A stretch of DNA of 64,000 bases. Source: Spirochaetia bacterium. GTDB lineage: Bacteria > Spirochaetota > Spirochaetia > SZUA-6 > Bin103. Position 1 is the first letter of the stretch; every line of letters begins with the position of its first letter. The position numbers were made by a program, and so were the translations under genes. The notes under the pieces were generated by a model. It did not search any database, was not told the origin of the DNA, and saw only the letters and a program-made list of their open reading frames with translations. Positions 52,527 to 61,411 of the stretch are shown here, one piece after another. Location: positions 864,001-928,000 of the forward strand of contig OZ241907.1 in assembly GCA_965203515.1 (NCBI GenBank), written 5' to 3'.

Positions 52527-53522
52527 CTAATTTGGTCGCGGCGCGGCCTGCTCCGTCCCGTGGAATGTGTCGCGTTTGAGGGTGCGGTAGGTCTGCTCAT
52601 CGATGCCGGTGGCGGATTGGATCACCGGCCACCCGACCCCGGCCCGGAGGAACCCGTCGATGGTCACCAGCCGGCCCCGCAACTCGCCCTCCTGCCGGCC
52701 TTCCTGTCGGCCTTTCAACTCGCCTTCCTGTCGGCCCCGCAACTCGCCTTCCCGGCGCAGCATCTCGCCACAGGTCATCAGATCACCTCTCAGTTCCGGC
52801 GCCATGCGCGGCATCAGCTCATCCAGCGTATCCGTCGGCCCGGTCTTCACAATGTACTCCATGAACGCCCGGTAGTAATCCACCCCGCCGCCCGCCGACT
52901 CCCGTCTCAACTCCTCCAGCAGCGGCGCGATCCGCTCCCGCGCCTCCCTCGGCGCCTGCTCGAAGGTGTGCATCATCGCCAGTTGGAGCAGCCGCCCGCG
53001 CAGCGCTCCGGCCACGGCCGCCGGCGCCACCTGGGTCTGGTCCAACAGCAGGTGGCGGAAGCGCGGCACCCAGGGCTGGCCGCGCAGCGCCGGCGGGAAG
53101 GACTCCGCCAGTTCGGTGGCGTAGCGCCAGCGGCGCTTGCCCTGGTAGAACACCAGCGGCAGCACCGGGCGCAGGAACCGCTCGTTGGGGTGGGCGCGGC
53201 GTCCGGCCTCCCAGATGCGGCAGCAGTAGCGCAGCAGGCGCAGCGCGATCCAGCGGTCGGGGCGGGACTGATGTTCGAACAGCAGGTAGAGCCACTGCGG
53301 TGGCGCGGCGGCGGCGGTGCGGACCTCGAACAGCAGGTCGGAGACGGAGCCGCGCAGTTGCTGGTCGACGAAGGAGCCTGGGGAGCGGCGCAGGGAGGAC
53401 CAGAGGAAGCGGCGCCGGAGGGAGTCGGGCAGGCGGGCGCGGAGGAAGGCGGCGGTCTCCTCGGAGTCGGCGAACACCAGACGGAACAGGTGATCGTGGG
53501 GCTGACGCAGGGGCGGTGCCAT
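52527..53522 (-). CDS. Rpn family nuclease/putative transposase (copy B)
   Basis: PHDHLFRLVF, SDLLF, LFEHQS, VLPLVFYQG, EGRQEG repeats. Confidence 0.9.
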   Translation of the reverse strand: MAPPLRQPHDHLFRLVFADSEETAAFLRARLPDSLRRRFLWSSLRRSPGSFVDQQLRGSVSDLLFEVRTAAAAPPQWLYLLFEHQSRPDRWIALRLLRYCCRIWEAGRRAHPNERFLRPVLPLVFYQGKRRWRYATELAESFPPALRGQPWVPRFRHLLLDQTQVAPAAVAGALRGRLLQLAMMHTFEQAPREARERIAPLLEELRRESAGGGVDYYRAFMEYIVKTGPTDTLDELMPRMAPELRGDLMTCGEMLRREGELRGRQEGELKGRQEGRQEGELRGRLVTIDGFLRAGVGWPVIQSATGIDEQTYRTLKRDTFHGTEQAAPRPN

Positions 53523-53628
53523 CACGCATTGACATCGACGCGGCGTCAGCGGCGCTTTTCGGTGCGTGGCGACGGCGAGCCGTGCGCGGCGGAGGAGCGC
53601 TGGTCGCGACTGGATCATCCCGGCGCAG

Positions 53629-53972
53629 TGCGGCGGCCAGCCCCGGACCGTGCCGGGGGATGTCCTCCAGCATCACCTTGAGGATCAGGCACGCGACCGG
53701 GTTCAGGTCGCTGGCGAACGCCTCGAGCCGAGGCGCACGCCTCCAGCGGGATCGAGCCGCCGCCGGCGAACGGATCGACCACCAAGGGGGCATCCTCGCC
53801 ATGCGCGGCCCGCACCAGTTCGCGGCCGACGTGCAGGTAGGTCGGGTGCGCCGCCAGTCCCAGTTGGCGAACGCGCCGACGAACCGGAGCAGCGCCGCGC
53901 GTAGCTCGGCGTCGTCCGCCGCGGCTGCCGCACCGCGCTCAGGATGGCGGGCGCCTGCCGCTTGAAGTACCC
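53629..53972 (-). pseudogene. Internal fragment of a DUF1156 adenine DNA methyltransferase
   Basis: FVGAFANWD, VVDPFAGGGSIPLEA, ASDLNPVACLILK across frameshifts. Confidence 0.75.
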
Positions 53973-54069
53973 CGGCGGCAGGGAAGCGGCGTCCATTGCG
54001 CACGCGCCCGCGAAACCGGAGGCCCTTGCGTGCGGAACGCGGCGGTGGACGAGCCCGGAACGGCAGGGG

Positions 54070-54419
54070 TCAACGCGGCGCGGCTTGGTCCGGCCCGTGG
54101 GAGGCGTCGCGTTTGAGGGTGAGGTAGGTCTGCTCATCGATGCCGGTGGCGGATTGGATCACCGGCCACCCGACCCCGGCCCGGAGGAACCCGTCGATGG
54201 TCTCCAGCCGGCCCCGCAACTCGCCTTCCCGGCGCAGCACCTCGCCACAGGTCATCAGATCACCTCTCAGTTCCGGCGCCATGCGCGGCATCAGCTCATC
54301 CAGCGTGTCCGCCGGCCCGGTCTTCACAATGTACTCCATGAACGCCCGGTAGTAATCCATCCCGCCGCCCGCCGGCTCCCGTCTCAACTCCTCCAGCAGC
54401 GGCGCGATCCGCTCCCGCG
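54070..54419 (-). pseudogene. Rpn C-terminal fragment retaining an RpnS-type ORF (54255-54070)
   Basis: Near-identical to Rpn 3' third; AGAGGTG RBS before MTCGEV. Confidence 0.8.
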
Positions 54420-54539
54420 TGTCCCGCGACAATCAAGATGAGAATGCGCGGGTAGGGCGGCTGCATCCGACAGAGGATGGAGGGGCCTCCGGTGGCAGCG
54501 GGAAGGCGTAGCCCGACCGTAGTCACCGGCGCGCCGGAG
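54420..54539. mobile_element. Possible IS terminal remnant (IS21-like end TGTCCCGCGACAATCAAGATGAG)
   Basis: Begins TGT exactly where the Rpn fragment is cut; similarity recalled from memory. Confidence 0.3.
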
Positions 54540-54636
54540 CGGCGGCAGGGAAGCGGCGTCCATTGCGCACGCGCCCGCGAAACCGGAGGCCCTTGCGTGC
54601 GGAACGCGGCGGTGGACGAGCCCGGAACGGCAGGGG

Positions 54637-54894
54637 TCAACGCGGCGCGGCTTGGTCCGACCCGTGGGAGGCGTCGCGTTTGAGGGTGCGGTGGGTCTGC
54701 TCATCGATGCCGGTGGCGGATTGGATCACCGGCCACCCGACCCCGGCCCGGAGGAACCCGTCGATGGTCACCAGCCGGCCCCGCAACTCACCCTCCTGCC
54801 GGCCTTCCTGTCGGCCCCTCAACTCGCCTTCCCGGCGCAGCATCTCGCCACAGGTCATCAGATCACCTCTCAGTTCCGGCGCCATGCGCGGCAT
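54637..54894 (-). CDS. Stand-alone Rpn C-terminal (RpnS-like) ORF, TGATG-coupled to copy A
   Basis: MPRMAPELRGDLMTCGEMLRREG...; ATG overlaps the TGA of 54894-55835. Confidence 0.65.
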   Translation of the reverse strand: MPRMAPELRGDLMTCGEMLRREGELRGRQEGRQEGELRGRLVTIDGFLRAGVGWPVIQSATGIDEQTHRTLKRDASHGSDQAAPR

Positions 54895-55835
54895 CAACGC
54901 GGCGCGGCTTGGTCCGGCCCTTGGGAGGCGTCGCGTTTGAGGGTGCGGTAGGTCCGCTCGTCGATGCCGGTGGCGGATTGGATCACCGGCCACCCGACCC
55001 CGGCCCGGAGGAACCCGTCGATGGTCACCAGCCGGCCTCTCAATTCGCCTTCCTGCTGGCCTTCCCGGCGCAGCATCTCGCCACAGGTCATCAGATCACC
55101 TCTCAGTTCCGGCGCCATGCGCGGCATCAGCTCATCCAGCGTATCCGTCGGCCCGGTCTTCACAATGTACTCCATGAACGCCCGGTAGTAATCCACCCCG
55201 CCGCCCGCCGACTCCCGTCTCAACTCCTCCAGCAGCGGCGCGATTCGCTCCCGCGTCTCACCCGGAGCCTGCTCGAAGGTGTGCATCATCGCCAGTTGGA
55301 GCAGCCGCCCGCGCAGCGCTCCGGCCACGGCCGCCGGCGCCACTTGGGTCTGATCGAACAGCAGGTGGCCGAAGCGCGGCACCCAGGGTTGGCCGCGCAG
55401 CGCCGGCGGGAAGGACTCCGCCAGTTCGGTGGCGTAGCGCCAGCGGCGCTTGCCCTGGTAGAACACCAGCGGCAGCACCGGGCGCAGGAACCGCTCGTTG
55501 GGGTGGGCGCGGCGTCCGGCCTCCCAGATGCGGCAGCAGTAGCGCAGCAGGCGCAGCGCGATCCAGCGGTCGGGGCGGGACTGATGTTCGAACAACAGGT
55601 AGAGCCACTGCGGCGGCGCGGCGGCGGCGGTGCGGACCTTGAACAGCAGGTCGGAGACGGAGCCGCGCAGCTCCTGGTCGACGAAGGAGCCTGGGGCGCG
55701 GCGCAGGGAGGACCAGAGGAAGCGGCGCCGGAGGGAGTCGGGCAGGCGGGCGCGGAGGAAGGCGGCGGTCTCCTCGGAGTCGGCGAACACCAGACGGAAC
55801 AGGTGATCGTGGGGCTGACGCAGCGGCAGTGCCAT
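54894..55835 (-). CDS. Rpn family nuclease/putative transposase (copy A)
   Basis: Near-identical to 52527-53522. Confidence 0.9.
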   Translation of the reverse strand: MALPLRQPHDHLFRLVFADSEETAAFLRARLPDSLRRRFLWSSLRRAPGSFVDQELRGSVSDLLFKVRTAAAAPPQWLYLLFEHQSRPDRWIALRLLRYCCRIWEAGRRAHPNERFLRPVLPLVFYQGKRRWRYATELAESFPPALRGQPWVPRFGHLLFDQTQVAPAAVAGALRGRLLQLAMMHTFEQAPGETRERIAPLLEELRRESAGGGVDYYRAFMEYIVKTGPTDTLDELMPRMAPELRGDLMTCGEMLRREGQQEGELRGRLVTIDGFLRAGVGWPVIQSATGIDERTYRTLKRDASQGPDQAAPR

Positions 55836-55941
55836 CACGCATTGATATCGACGCGGCGTCAGCGGCGCTTTTCGGTGCGTGGCGACGGCGAGCCGTGCGC
55901 GGCGGAGGAGCGCTGGTCGCGACTGGATCATCCCGGCGCAG

Positions 55942-56055
55942 ATGGAGGGTGGACGGATGCCCGTGGCGGATCGACTTCTCTTGCGCCGCGTGCCGGGACA
56001 CCTCGGCGATCGGAAAGTCGACCTCGGCCAGCCGCCGGCACGCTCGGGGAATCAC
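55942..56055 (-). pseudogene. 5' fragment of a DUF1156 methyltransferase
   Basis: RRLAEVDFPIAEVSRHAAQEKSIRHGHPSTLHL, cut just before the expected WWARRP. Confidence 0.75.
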
Positions 56056-56170
56056 GATACGACGATCGCCGCTGCGATTACCGGTGATAGCCTATTCCTT
56101 CTCTCGTCGCCGTTCCCGTCCTTCTACCGGCGCAATGGTGGTATGCTGTGATGGGAATGGAGGAGAGCCC

Positions 56171-56977
56171 ATGGCCAGTCCGCTGCTCGCACCTGCCAAG
56201 GTGCACTACCCGTCATCCGACGGCAAGCCGATGGCGGAAAGCGATTTTCAACGCACCCCGCTGATGTACGCCGTCGGACGGCTGCGGCGCCACTTTCGCC
56301 GCCGCCGCGACGTGTACGTCTCCGGCAACCTGCTGATCTACTACCGGGAGGGAGTTCCGAGTGCGGTGGTGTCGCCGGACGTGTTCGTGGTGCTCGGCGC
56401 GGGCAACCAGGACCGTTCGAGCTACCTTCTGTGGAAGGAGCCCAAAGAGCCTGACTTCGTGCTGGAGATAACGTCGCGGACGACGTACCGCGAGGATCAG
56501 GGACGCAAGCGTGAGGTGTACCGAACGCTGGGCGTGCGGGAGTACTGGCAATACGACCCGACCGGCGACTATCTGGAGCCGCCGCTGCAGGGCCTGGAGC
56601 TGAGCGCAGGCGAGTATCGGCGGCTGCCGGAGAGGGAGTTGGCGGACGGCACGCTGGCGCTGGCGAGCGCGGTGCTGGGGCTGGAGTTGCGGCTGACGGA
56701 GCGGGGGCTGCGCTTCTACGATCCGCAGGCCGGGCAGGAGCTGCCGGACCTGGAGGAAACCGACGCGGCGCGGGAGCGCGAGCGGCAGGGGCGGCAAGCG
56801 GCGGAGCTGCGCTTGGCGCAGGAGGCGACAGCCCGGCGGCAGGAAGCGGCGGCCCGCCGGCAGGAGGCGGCGGCCCGTGCGGCCGCGGAAGCACGGGTGG
56901 CCGAGTTGGAAGCCCTGTTGCGCCGGGAGCGAGGCAGCGACTCCGGCCCGGAGAGCGATGGAGCGGTACCATCGTAG
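56171..56977 (+). CDS. Uma2 family endonuclease
   Basis: YPSSDGKPMAESD, SPDVFVV, LEITS; RBS GGAGGAG. Confidence 0.9.
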   Translation: MASPLLAPAKVHYPSSDGKPMAESDFQRTPLMYAVGRLRRHFRRRRDVYVSGNLLIYYREGVPSAVVSPDVFVVLGAGNQDRSSYLLWKEPKEPDFVLEITSRTTYREDQGRKREVYRTLGVREYWQYDPTGDYLEPPLQGLELSAGEYRRLPERELADGTLALASAVLGLELRLTERGLRFYDPQAGQELPDLEETDAARERERQGRQAAELRLAQEATARRQEAAARRQEAAARAAAEARVAELEALLRRERGSDSGPESDGAVPS

Positions 56978-57012
56978 ATCCGGGTATGCTGTGGTGGAAT
57001 GGAGGAGAGCCT

Positions 57013-57771
57013 ATGGCCAGTCCGCTGCTCGCACCTGCCAAGGTGCGCTACCCGTCATCCGACGGCAAGCCGATGGCGGAAAGCGATTTTCAACGCACCC
57101 CGTTGATGTACGCCGTCGAACGGCTGCGGCGCCACTTTCGCCGCCGCCGCGACGTGTACGTCTCCGGCAACCTGCTGCTCTACTACCGGGAGGGAGTTCC
57201 GAGTGCGGTGGTGTCGCCGGACGTGTTCGTGGTGCTCGGCGCGGGCAACCAGGACCGTTCGAGCTACCTTCTGTGGAAGGAGCCCAAAGAGCCTGACTTC
57301 GTGCTGGAGATAACGTCGCGGACGACGTACCGCGAGGATCAGGGACGCAAGCGCGAGGTGTACCGAACGCTGGGCGTGCGGGAGTACTGGCAATACGACC
57401 CGACCGGCGACTATCTGGAGCCGCCGCTGCAGGGCCTGGAGCTGAGCGCAGGCGAGTATCGGCGGCTGCCGGAGAGGGAGTTGGCGGACGGCACGCTGGC
57501 GCTGGCGAGCGCGGTGCTGGGGCTGGAGTTGCGGCTGACGGAGCGGGGGCTGCGCTTCTACGATCCGCAGACCAGGCAGGAGCTGCCGGACCTGGAGGAG
57601 ACCGACGCGGCGCGGCAGGCGGCGGAGCTGCGCCTTGCGCAGGAAGCGGCAGCCCGGCGGCAGGAAGCGGCGGCCCGCCGGCAGGAGGCGGCGGCCCGTG
57701 CAGCCGCGGAAGCACGGGTGGCCGAGCTGGAAGCCCTGTTGCGCCGGGAGCGCGGCAGCGACCCCGGCTAG
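57013..57771 (+). CDS. Uma2 family endonuclease (recent tandem duplicate)
   Basis: Near-identical DNA to 56171-56977, including the upstream TATGCT/RBS. Confidence 0.9.
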   Translation: MASPLLAPAKVRYPSSDGKPMAESDFQRTPLMYAVERLRRHFRRRRDVYVSGNLLLYYREGVPSAVVSPDVFVVLGAGNQDRSSYLLWKEPKEPDFVLEITSRTTYREDQGRKREVYRTLGVREYWQYDPTGDYLEPPLQGLELSAGEYRRLPERELADGTLALASAVLGLELRLTERGLRFYDPQTRQELPDLEETDAARQAAELRLAQEAAARRQEAAARRQEAAARAAAEARVAELEALLRRERGSDPG

Positions 57772-57772
57772 G

Positions 57773-59083
57773 TCAGGTCGGCGGGGTGGCGGTCGCGATT
57801 CCCTGCTCGACCAGCAGCTTGAGGAAATCGTCGGCCAGGTCGGCCGCGGCGCCTTCGGGGAGCGCCTCCCGGAACGCGCCGGCGCGCACCGGCGCGCCGC
57901 GCAGCAGGGTAGCCAGCAGCTCCATGCAGCGGCCGTCGAACGTCCAGCGGTAGCCGTTTGCCTGCAGCACCGCGGCGCCGTCGGCGCCCCGTTCCAGCGT
58001 CGCGTGCCGGGCGCCGCACAGCCGGATCTCGCAGCGTTCCCAGTCGGGGGACTGCCACGGGTCGAGATAGGGGCCGAGGCCCGGGCGCGGCCGTTCCGAC
58101 CAGGTAGCGCGCACGTGGTCGTCGAATCGCCGTTTCAGGTCTCCGTCCAGTTCCCTGATGAGCAGCTCCCGGAGCGCCGCGTAGTGGGCGCCGCCGGAGC
58201 GGTCCGTCGGGTGGGGAAGATCGCGGCGGAAGTGCTCGTGGCGGACGAGCCGGCCGGAAAGCCACTCCATGAAGGTGAGTCCGGTGTCCGCGGGACTGCT
58301 GCAGGTGAGGTGCACGCTGCCGACGCCGTCGGAGCCGTCGTCAGCCTGAGCGCGGGCGTCGTGCCACCACCCGCGCGGGAGGTAGAGGACGTCGCCGGCC
58401 CTGAGCATCCCGTTCCACACCGGCTCGCCCGGCGGCTCCGCGGGCGGTTCCGCATCCCGCGTCAGCGGAAAGCGCCGTGTTTCGCCGTAGATCTGCCAGC
58501 GCTTGGTGCCGGCCACCTGCAAGATGAACACGTCGTGGTCGTCCCAGTGGGTTGCAAAGCCGGGGGAGGCGACCCACGACGCGTAGAGGTTGATCACCGC
58601 GTAGCCGCCCAGGGACTCCTCAAGCGCGTCGGCCACGGCGCGGATCGGAGGATGGATCTCGTGGACGCCGGGCACGACGATGGAGGCGCCCTGGCGGAGC
58701 ATCGCCTGCAGCCGCCGGCCATCGAGCACGCTCGTATTACCCGGTGCGCCGCTCCTTCTCCAGCCGAGGCCGAACGGCGGCGTGGTGTAGGAGATGGTGG
58801 GGACGTTCCTGCCCTCCTGGACCAATCTCATCCGGGCGTACCATGCGTCCGAGCACAGCAGCTCGTTGAGCTGTTCCCAGGAGCACAGGGACGCGAACCG
58901 GGGCGCCTCCGCCCGAAACAGGACCGGGCGCTTGTCCCGGTAGCGGGTATCGAGGAACTTCTGCGTGGTCAGCGGCCGGACGAGGCCGGCGAACTCGGCC
59001 GGTTCGTGGCGCTCCGCGCCGGCGGGGAGCACCTCGACCGGCCCGGCGGCCGCTTGCGGAACGCGACCGCCGCGTTCACCCAT
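57773..59083 (-). CDS. JmjC/Cupin_4 (YcfD/ROX-like) 2OG-Fe(II) oxygenase
   Basis: NLYAS..GFATHWDDHDVFILQVAGTKRW, GDVLYLPRGWWH, SVHLT (HxD...H triad). Confidence 0.9.
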   Translation of the reverse strand: MGERGGRVPQAAAGPVEVLPAGAERHEPAEFAGLVRPLTTQKFLDTRYRDKRPVLFRAEAPRFASLCSWEQLNELLCSDAWYARMRLVQEGRNVPTISYTTPPFGLGWRRSGAPGNTSVLDGRRLQAMLRQGASIVVPGVHEIHPPIRAVADALEESLGGYAVINLYASWVASPGFATHWDDHDVFILQVAGTKRWQIYGETRRFPLTRDAEPPAEPPGEPVWNGMLRAGDVLYLPRGWWHDARAQADDGSDGVGSVHLTCSSPADTGLTFMEWLSGRLVRHEHFRRDLPHPTDRSGGAHYAALRELLIRELDGDLKRRFDDHVRATWSERPRPGLGPYLDPWQSPDWERCEIRLCGARHATLERGADGAAVLQANGYRWTFDGRCMELLATLLRGAPVRAGAFREALPEGAAADLADDFLKLLVEQGIATATPPT

Positions 59084-59312
59084 CGTGTTCCTCTTCGACG
59101 CGCGCGGCCGCCGCGCGGTCCGGCCGCTTCGCCGCCGCGTCGGGTATGGCTGCCGTGTCGGGTACGATTTCGATGCTGATACGCGGAACGGCGCCGCGGG
59201 AGCTGCCGGCGGGCTTGATCCTGCTCAGGTAGTCGGCTTCCTGCTTGAAGGCATGGTGGAAGGCCAGGCACACCACCGGCGCCCCGCCGTGCAACAGGTC
59301 TCGTGCGTCCAT
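59076..59312 (-). CDS. Small hypothetical protein between precursor and JmjC gene
   Basis: ATG with AAGGA upstream; stop overlaps the JmjC start. Confidence 0.35.
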   Translation of the reverse strand: MDARDLLHGGAPVVCLAFHHAFKQEADYLSRIKPAGSSRGAVPRISIEIVPDTAAIPDAAAKRPDRAAAARVEEEHDG

Positions 59313-59437
59313 AACGTCGTCCTTCAGGGGCGTTCAGGCCGCGCTGGCCGGGCGGTCACCGCTGCAGTCAGCGAGACCGCTGCAGTCAGCGAAGCCATCC
59401 TCGATCGATCGGCTGCAGCGGAATCTCCGTCGGTCAG

Positions 59438-59800
59438 TCAGGAGGCGTTATGCCTCGGGCCGCCGTTGTAGACCGGGCCGTTGAAATCGTCCCAGAAGGT
59501 GATCGCGTTGTCGGTGCCGACGTAACCGGTACCAGTCCAGCGGTAGACTTGCCCGCCGGCCGCCGCCTCCATCTCGGACTCGGCGAGCCGCGCCGGCGGC
59601 GGCAGCACCAGGTGACTGGTGTCCGGCAGCGTCTCCTCATGCACCTTGACGGTGTAGCCGTCGGGTATCGTCACCCCCAGCTCATCCTTGATCGTGGCCT
59701 TCGGGTCGGCGAGCAACTGGGAGCGGAACGCTCCGTCCTCGGTCGCCTTCTTCACCAAGCGTTCCCGCATCTCGGCGACAGTCAGAACTTCGTCACTCAT
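59438..59800 (-). CDS. NHLP (nitrile hydratase leader) RiPP precursor A
   Basis: KATEDGAFRSQLLADPKA, HLVLPP, LAESEMEAAAGG|core; RBS GGAGG. Confidence 0.9.
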   Translation of the reverse strand: MSDEVLTVAEMRERLVKKATEDGAFRSQLLADPKATIKDELGVTIPDGYTVKVHEETLPDTSHLVLPPPARLAESEMEAAAGGQVYRWTGTGYVGTDNAITFWDDFNGPVYNGGPRHNAS

Positions 59801-59891
59801 ATAGGACACCTCCATAATGTCTGATGATGAAAGCATCGGCTACCGCCGGACGGCGTGTCAACGCTCGCACGCTCGATTTTCGAATAATTCT

Positions 59892-60836
59892 CTCTTATCC
59901 GGTATTTCCGTTGGCCGGCTCGCCGACGTGGCGCCGATCCGGCGCCAAGGTCGTGACCTTGACATCCGGCCGTCGGGACCCGATGCTGCCGGCCAGCGCA
60001 GGCCGACGAGGCGAAGGGCAGGAGCGGTTGGCACAGATCGAGATCGGCGATCTTCTGGGAGACTGGGACGGCTACGAAGTGACGGCCGTCGCGCGGCGGC
60101 GCGGCATGGTCGAGATCGAGTTGAACCCGGTCGCCGGGCGGCCGGGAGTCTGCACCGGCTGCGGCCAGGAGGTCGACGCCGTGCACGGGTACGAGCGGCG
60201 CCGGGTCCGCGATCTGCCGCTCCTCGGCGCGCCGACCAGCCTGATCCTGCGGCGGCGGCGGCTGGCATGTCCGCGCTGCGGACCGAAGCTGGAACGATTG
60301 AACTGGCTGGTCCGCTATGCGCGGGTGACCCAGCGGCTGGCCGACGACGTGGCGCAGTTGTGCACGGTGATGACGGTCAAGCAGGTGGCCGAGCACTATC
60401 GATTGGGGTGGGACACCGTGCGGGACCTGGACAAGCGGTACCTGCAGCGCAGCTTCGGGCCGGTCGACGTGCAAGGGGCGACCCAGTTGGTGCTGGACGA
60501 GTTCGTGCTGCTGGCCGGCAAGAAGTACGCCACGGTGATCACCGACGCGGTGACCAAGCGCGTCCTGTGGGTGAGCCGCGGGCATCGGCGTGAGAACGTG
60601 CGGCCGTTCTTCGAGGCGCTGGGCAGCGCCGGCTGCCGGGCCGTCAAGGCGGTCTCGATGGACATCAACAGCGCCTACGAACAGGAAGTGCGGCACCACT
60701 GTCCGCAAGCCAGAATCGTGTACGACCTGTTCCACGTCGCCGCCTCGCACAGCATGCGGAGCGAGCGAGCGGTCGCGCGCCGGAATCAGCCGGCCGGATG
60801 AAGTTGGAGCGCGCCCACGGAAATGCCGGATAAGCC
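59892..60836 (+). mobile_element. Internally deleted ISL3-family element (transposase ~60028-60801 truncated after YDLFHV)
   Basis: CxxC..VRDLP..CxxC, LDEF, SMD, YDLFH; inverted repeats 59894-59911 and 60817-60834 (17/18). Confidence 0.85.
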
Positions 60837-60950
60837 AAATCGATCGGGCGTTCGCTTGACGAGCCGCCAACGGTAGTCGATTATTCGAATAGACAGACGC
60901 CTGCCGTCGAAGCGCAGGCGCAGAGACTCAACGAGAGGAGGCGACAGACT

Positions 60951-61313
60951 ATGGATACCCCCAAGACGATGGGTGAACTTCGGGAGCACCTGATCGAGAA
61001 GGCGACCGTCGATGAGACGTTTCGCGCTCAGCTGATCGCGGATCCGAAGGCCGCCATCAAGGGCGAGCTGGATCTGACGATACCCGACGGCTACACCGTC
61101 ATGGTCCACGAGGACGTCGCGGACACCAGCCACGTGGTGCTGCCGCCGCCGGCGGCGCTCGCCGAGACCGATCTGGAGGCGGCGGCCGGCGGGCAAGTCT
61201 ACCGGTGGAATGCATCGAGGGGCAACTACGTCGGCACCGACAACGCGATCACCTTCTGGGACGACTTCAACGGCCCGACCTATCACGGCGGCCCGAGGCA
61301 CAACGCCGACTGA
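60951..61313 (+). CDS. NHLP RiPP precursor B
   Basis: KATVDETFRAQLIADPKA, HVVLPP, LAETDLEAAAGG|core; RBS GAGGAGG. Confidence 0.9.
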   Translation: MDTPKTMGELREHLIEKATVDETFRAQLIADPKAAIKGELDLTIPDGYTVMVHEDVADTSHVVLPPPAALAETDLEAAAGGQVYRWNASRGNYVGTDNAITFWDDFNGPTYHGGPRHNAD

Positions 61314-61340
61314 CCGGCCTCCCGACTGACGACGGAGGTT

Positions 61341-61391
61341 CCGCTGCAGCCGATGCGGCCGGGGATCGTTCCCGTCCGCCGGCTGCAGCGG
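61341..61391 (+). terminator. GC hairpin after precursor B (12-bp stem), with a homolog after precursor A
   Basis: ccgctgcagccg...cggctgcagcgg. Confidence 0.6.
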
Positions 61392-61411
61392 GAGACCGGC
61401 AGCGCCGTTTC

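Noticed and set aside
59894..60834. 18-bp inverted motif as a shared RiPP regulator site
   Set aside because: Position and sequence fit ISL3 terminal repeats better; kept only as an alternative
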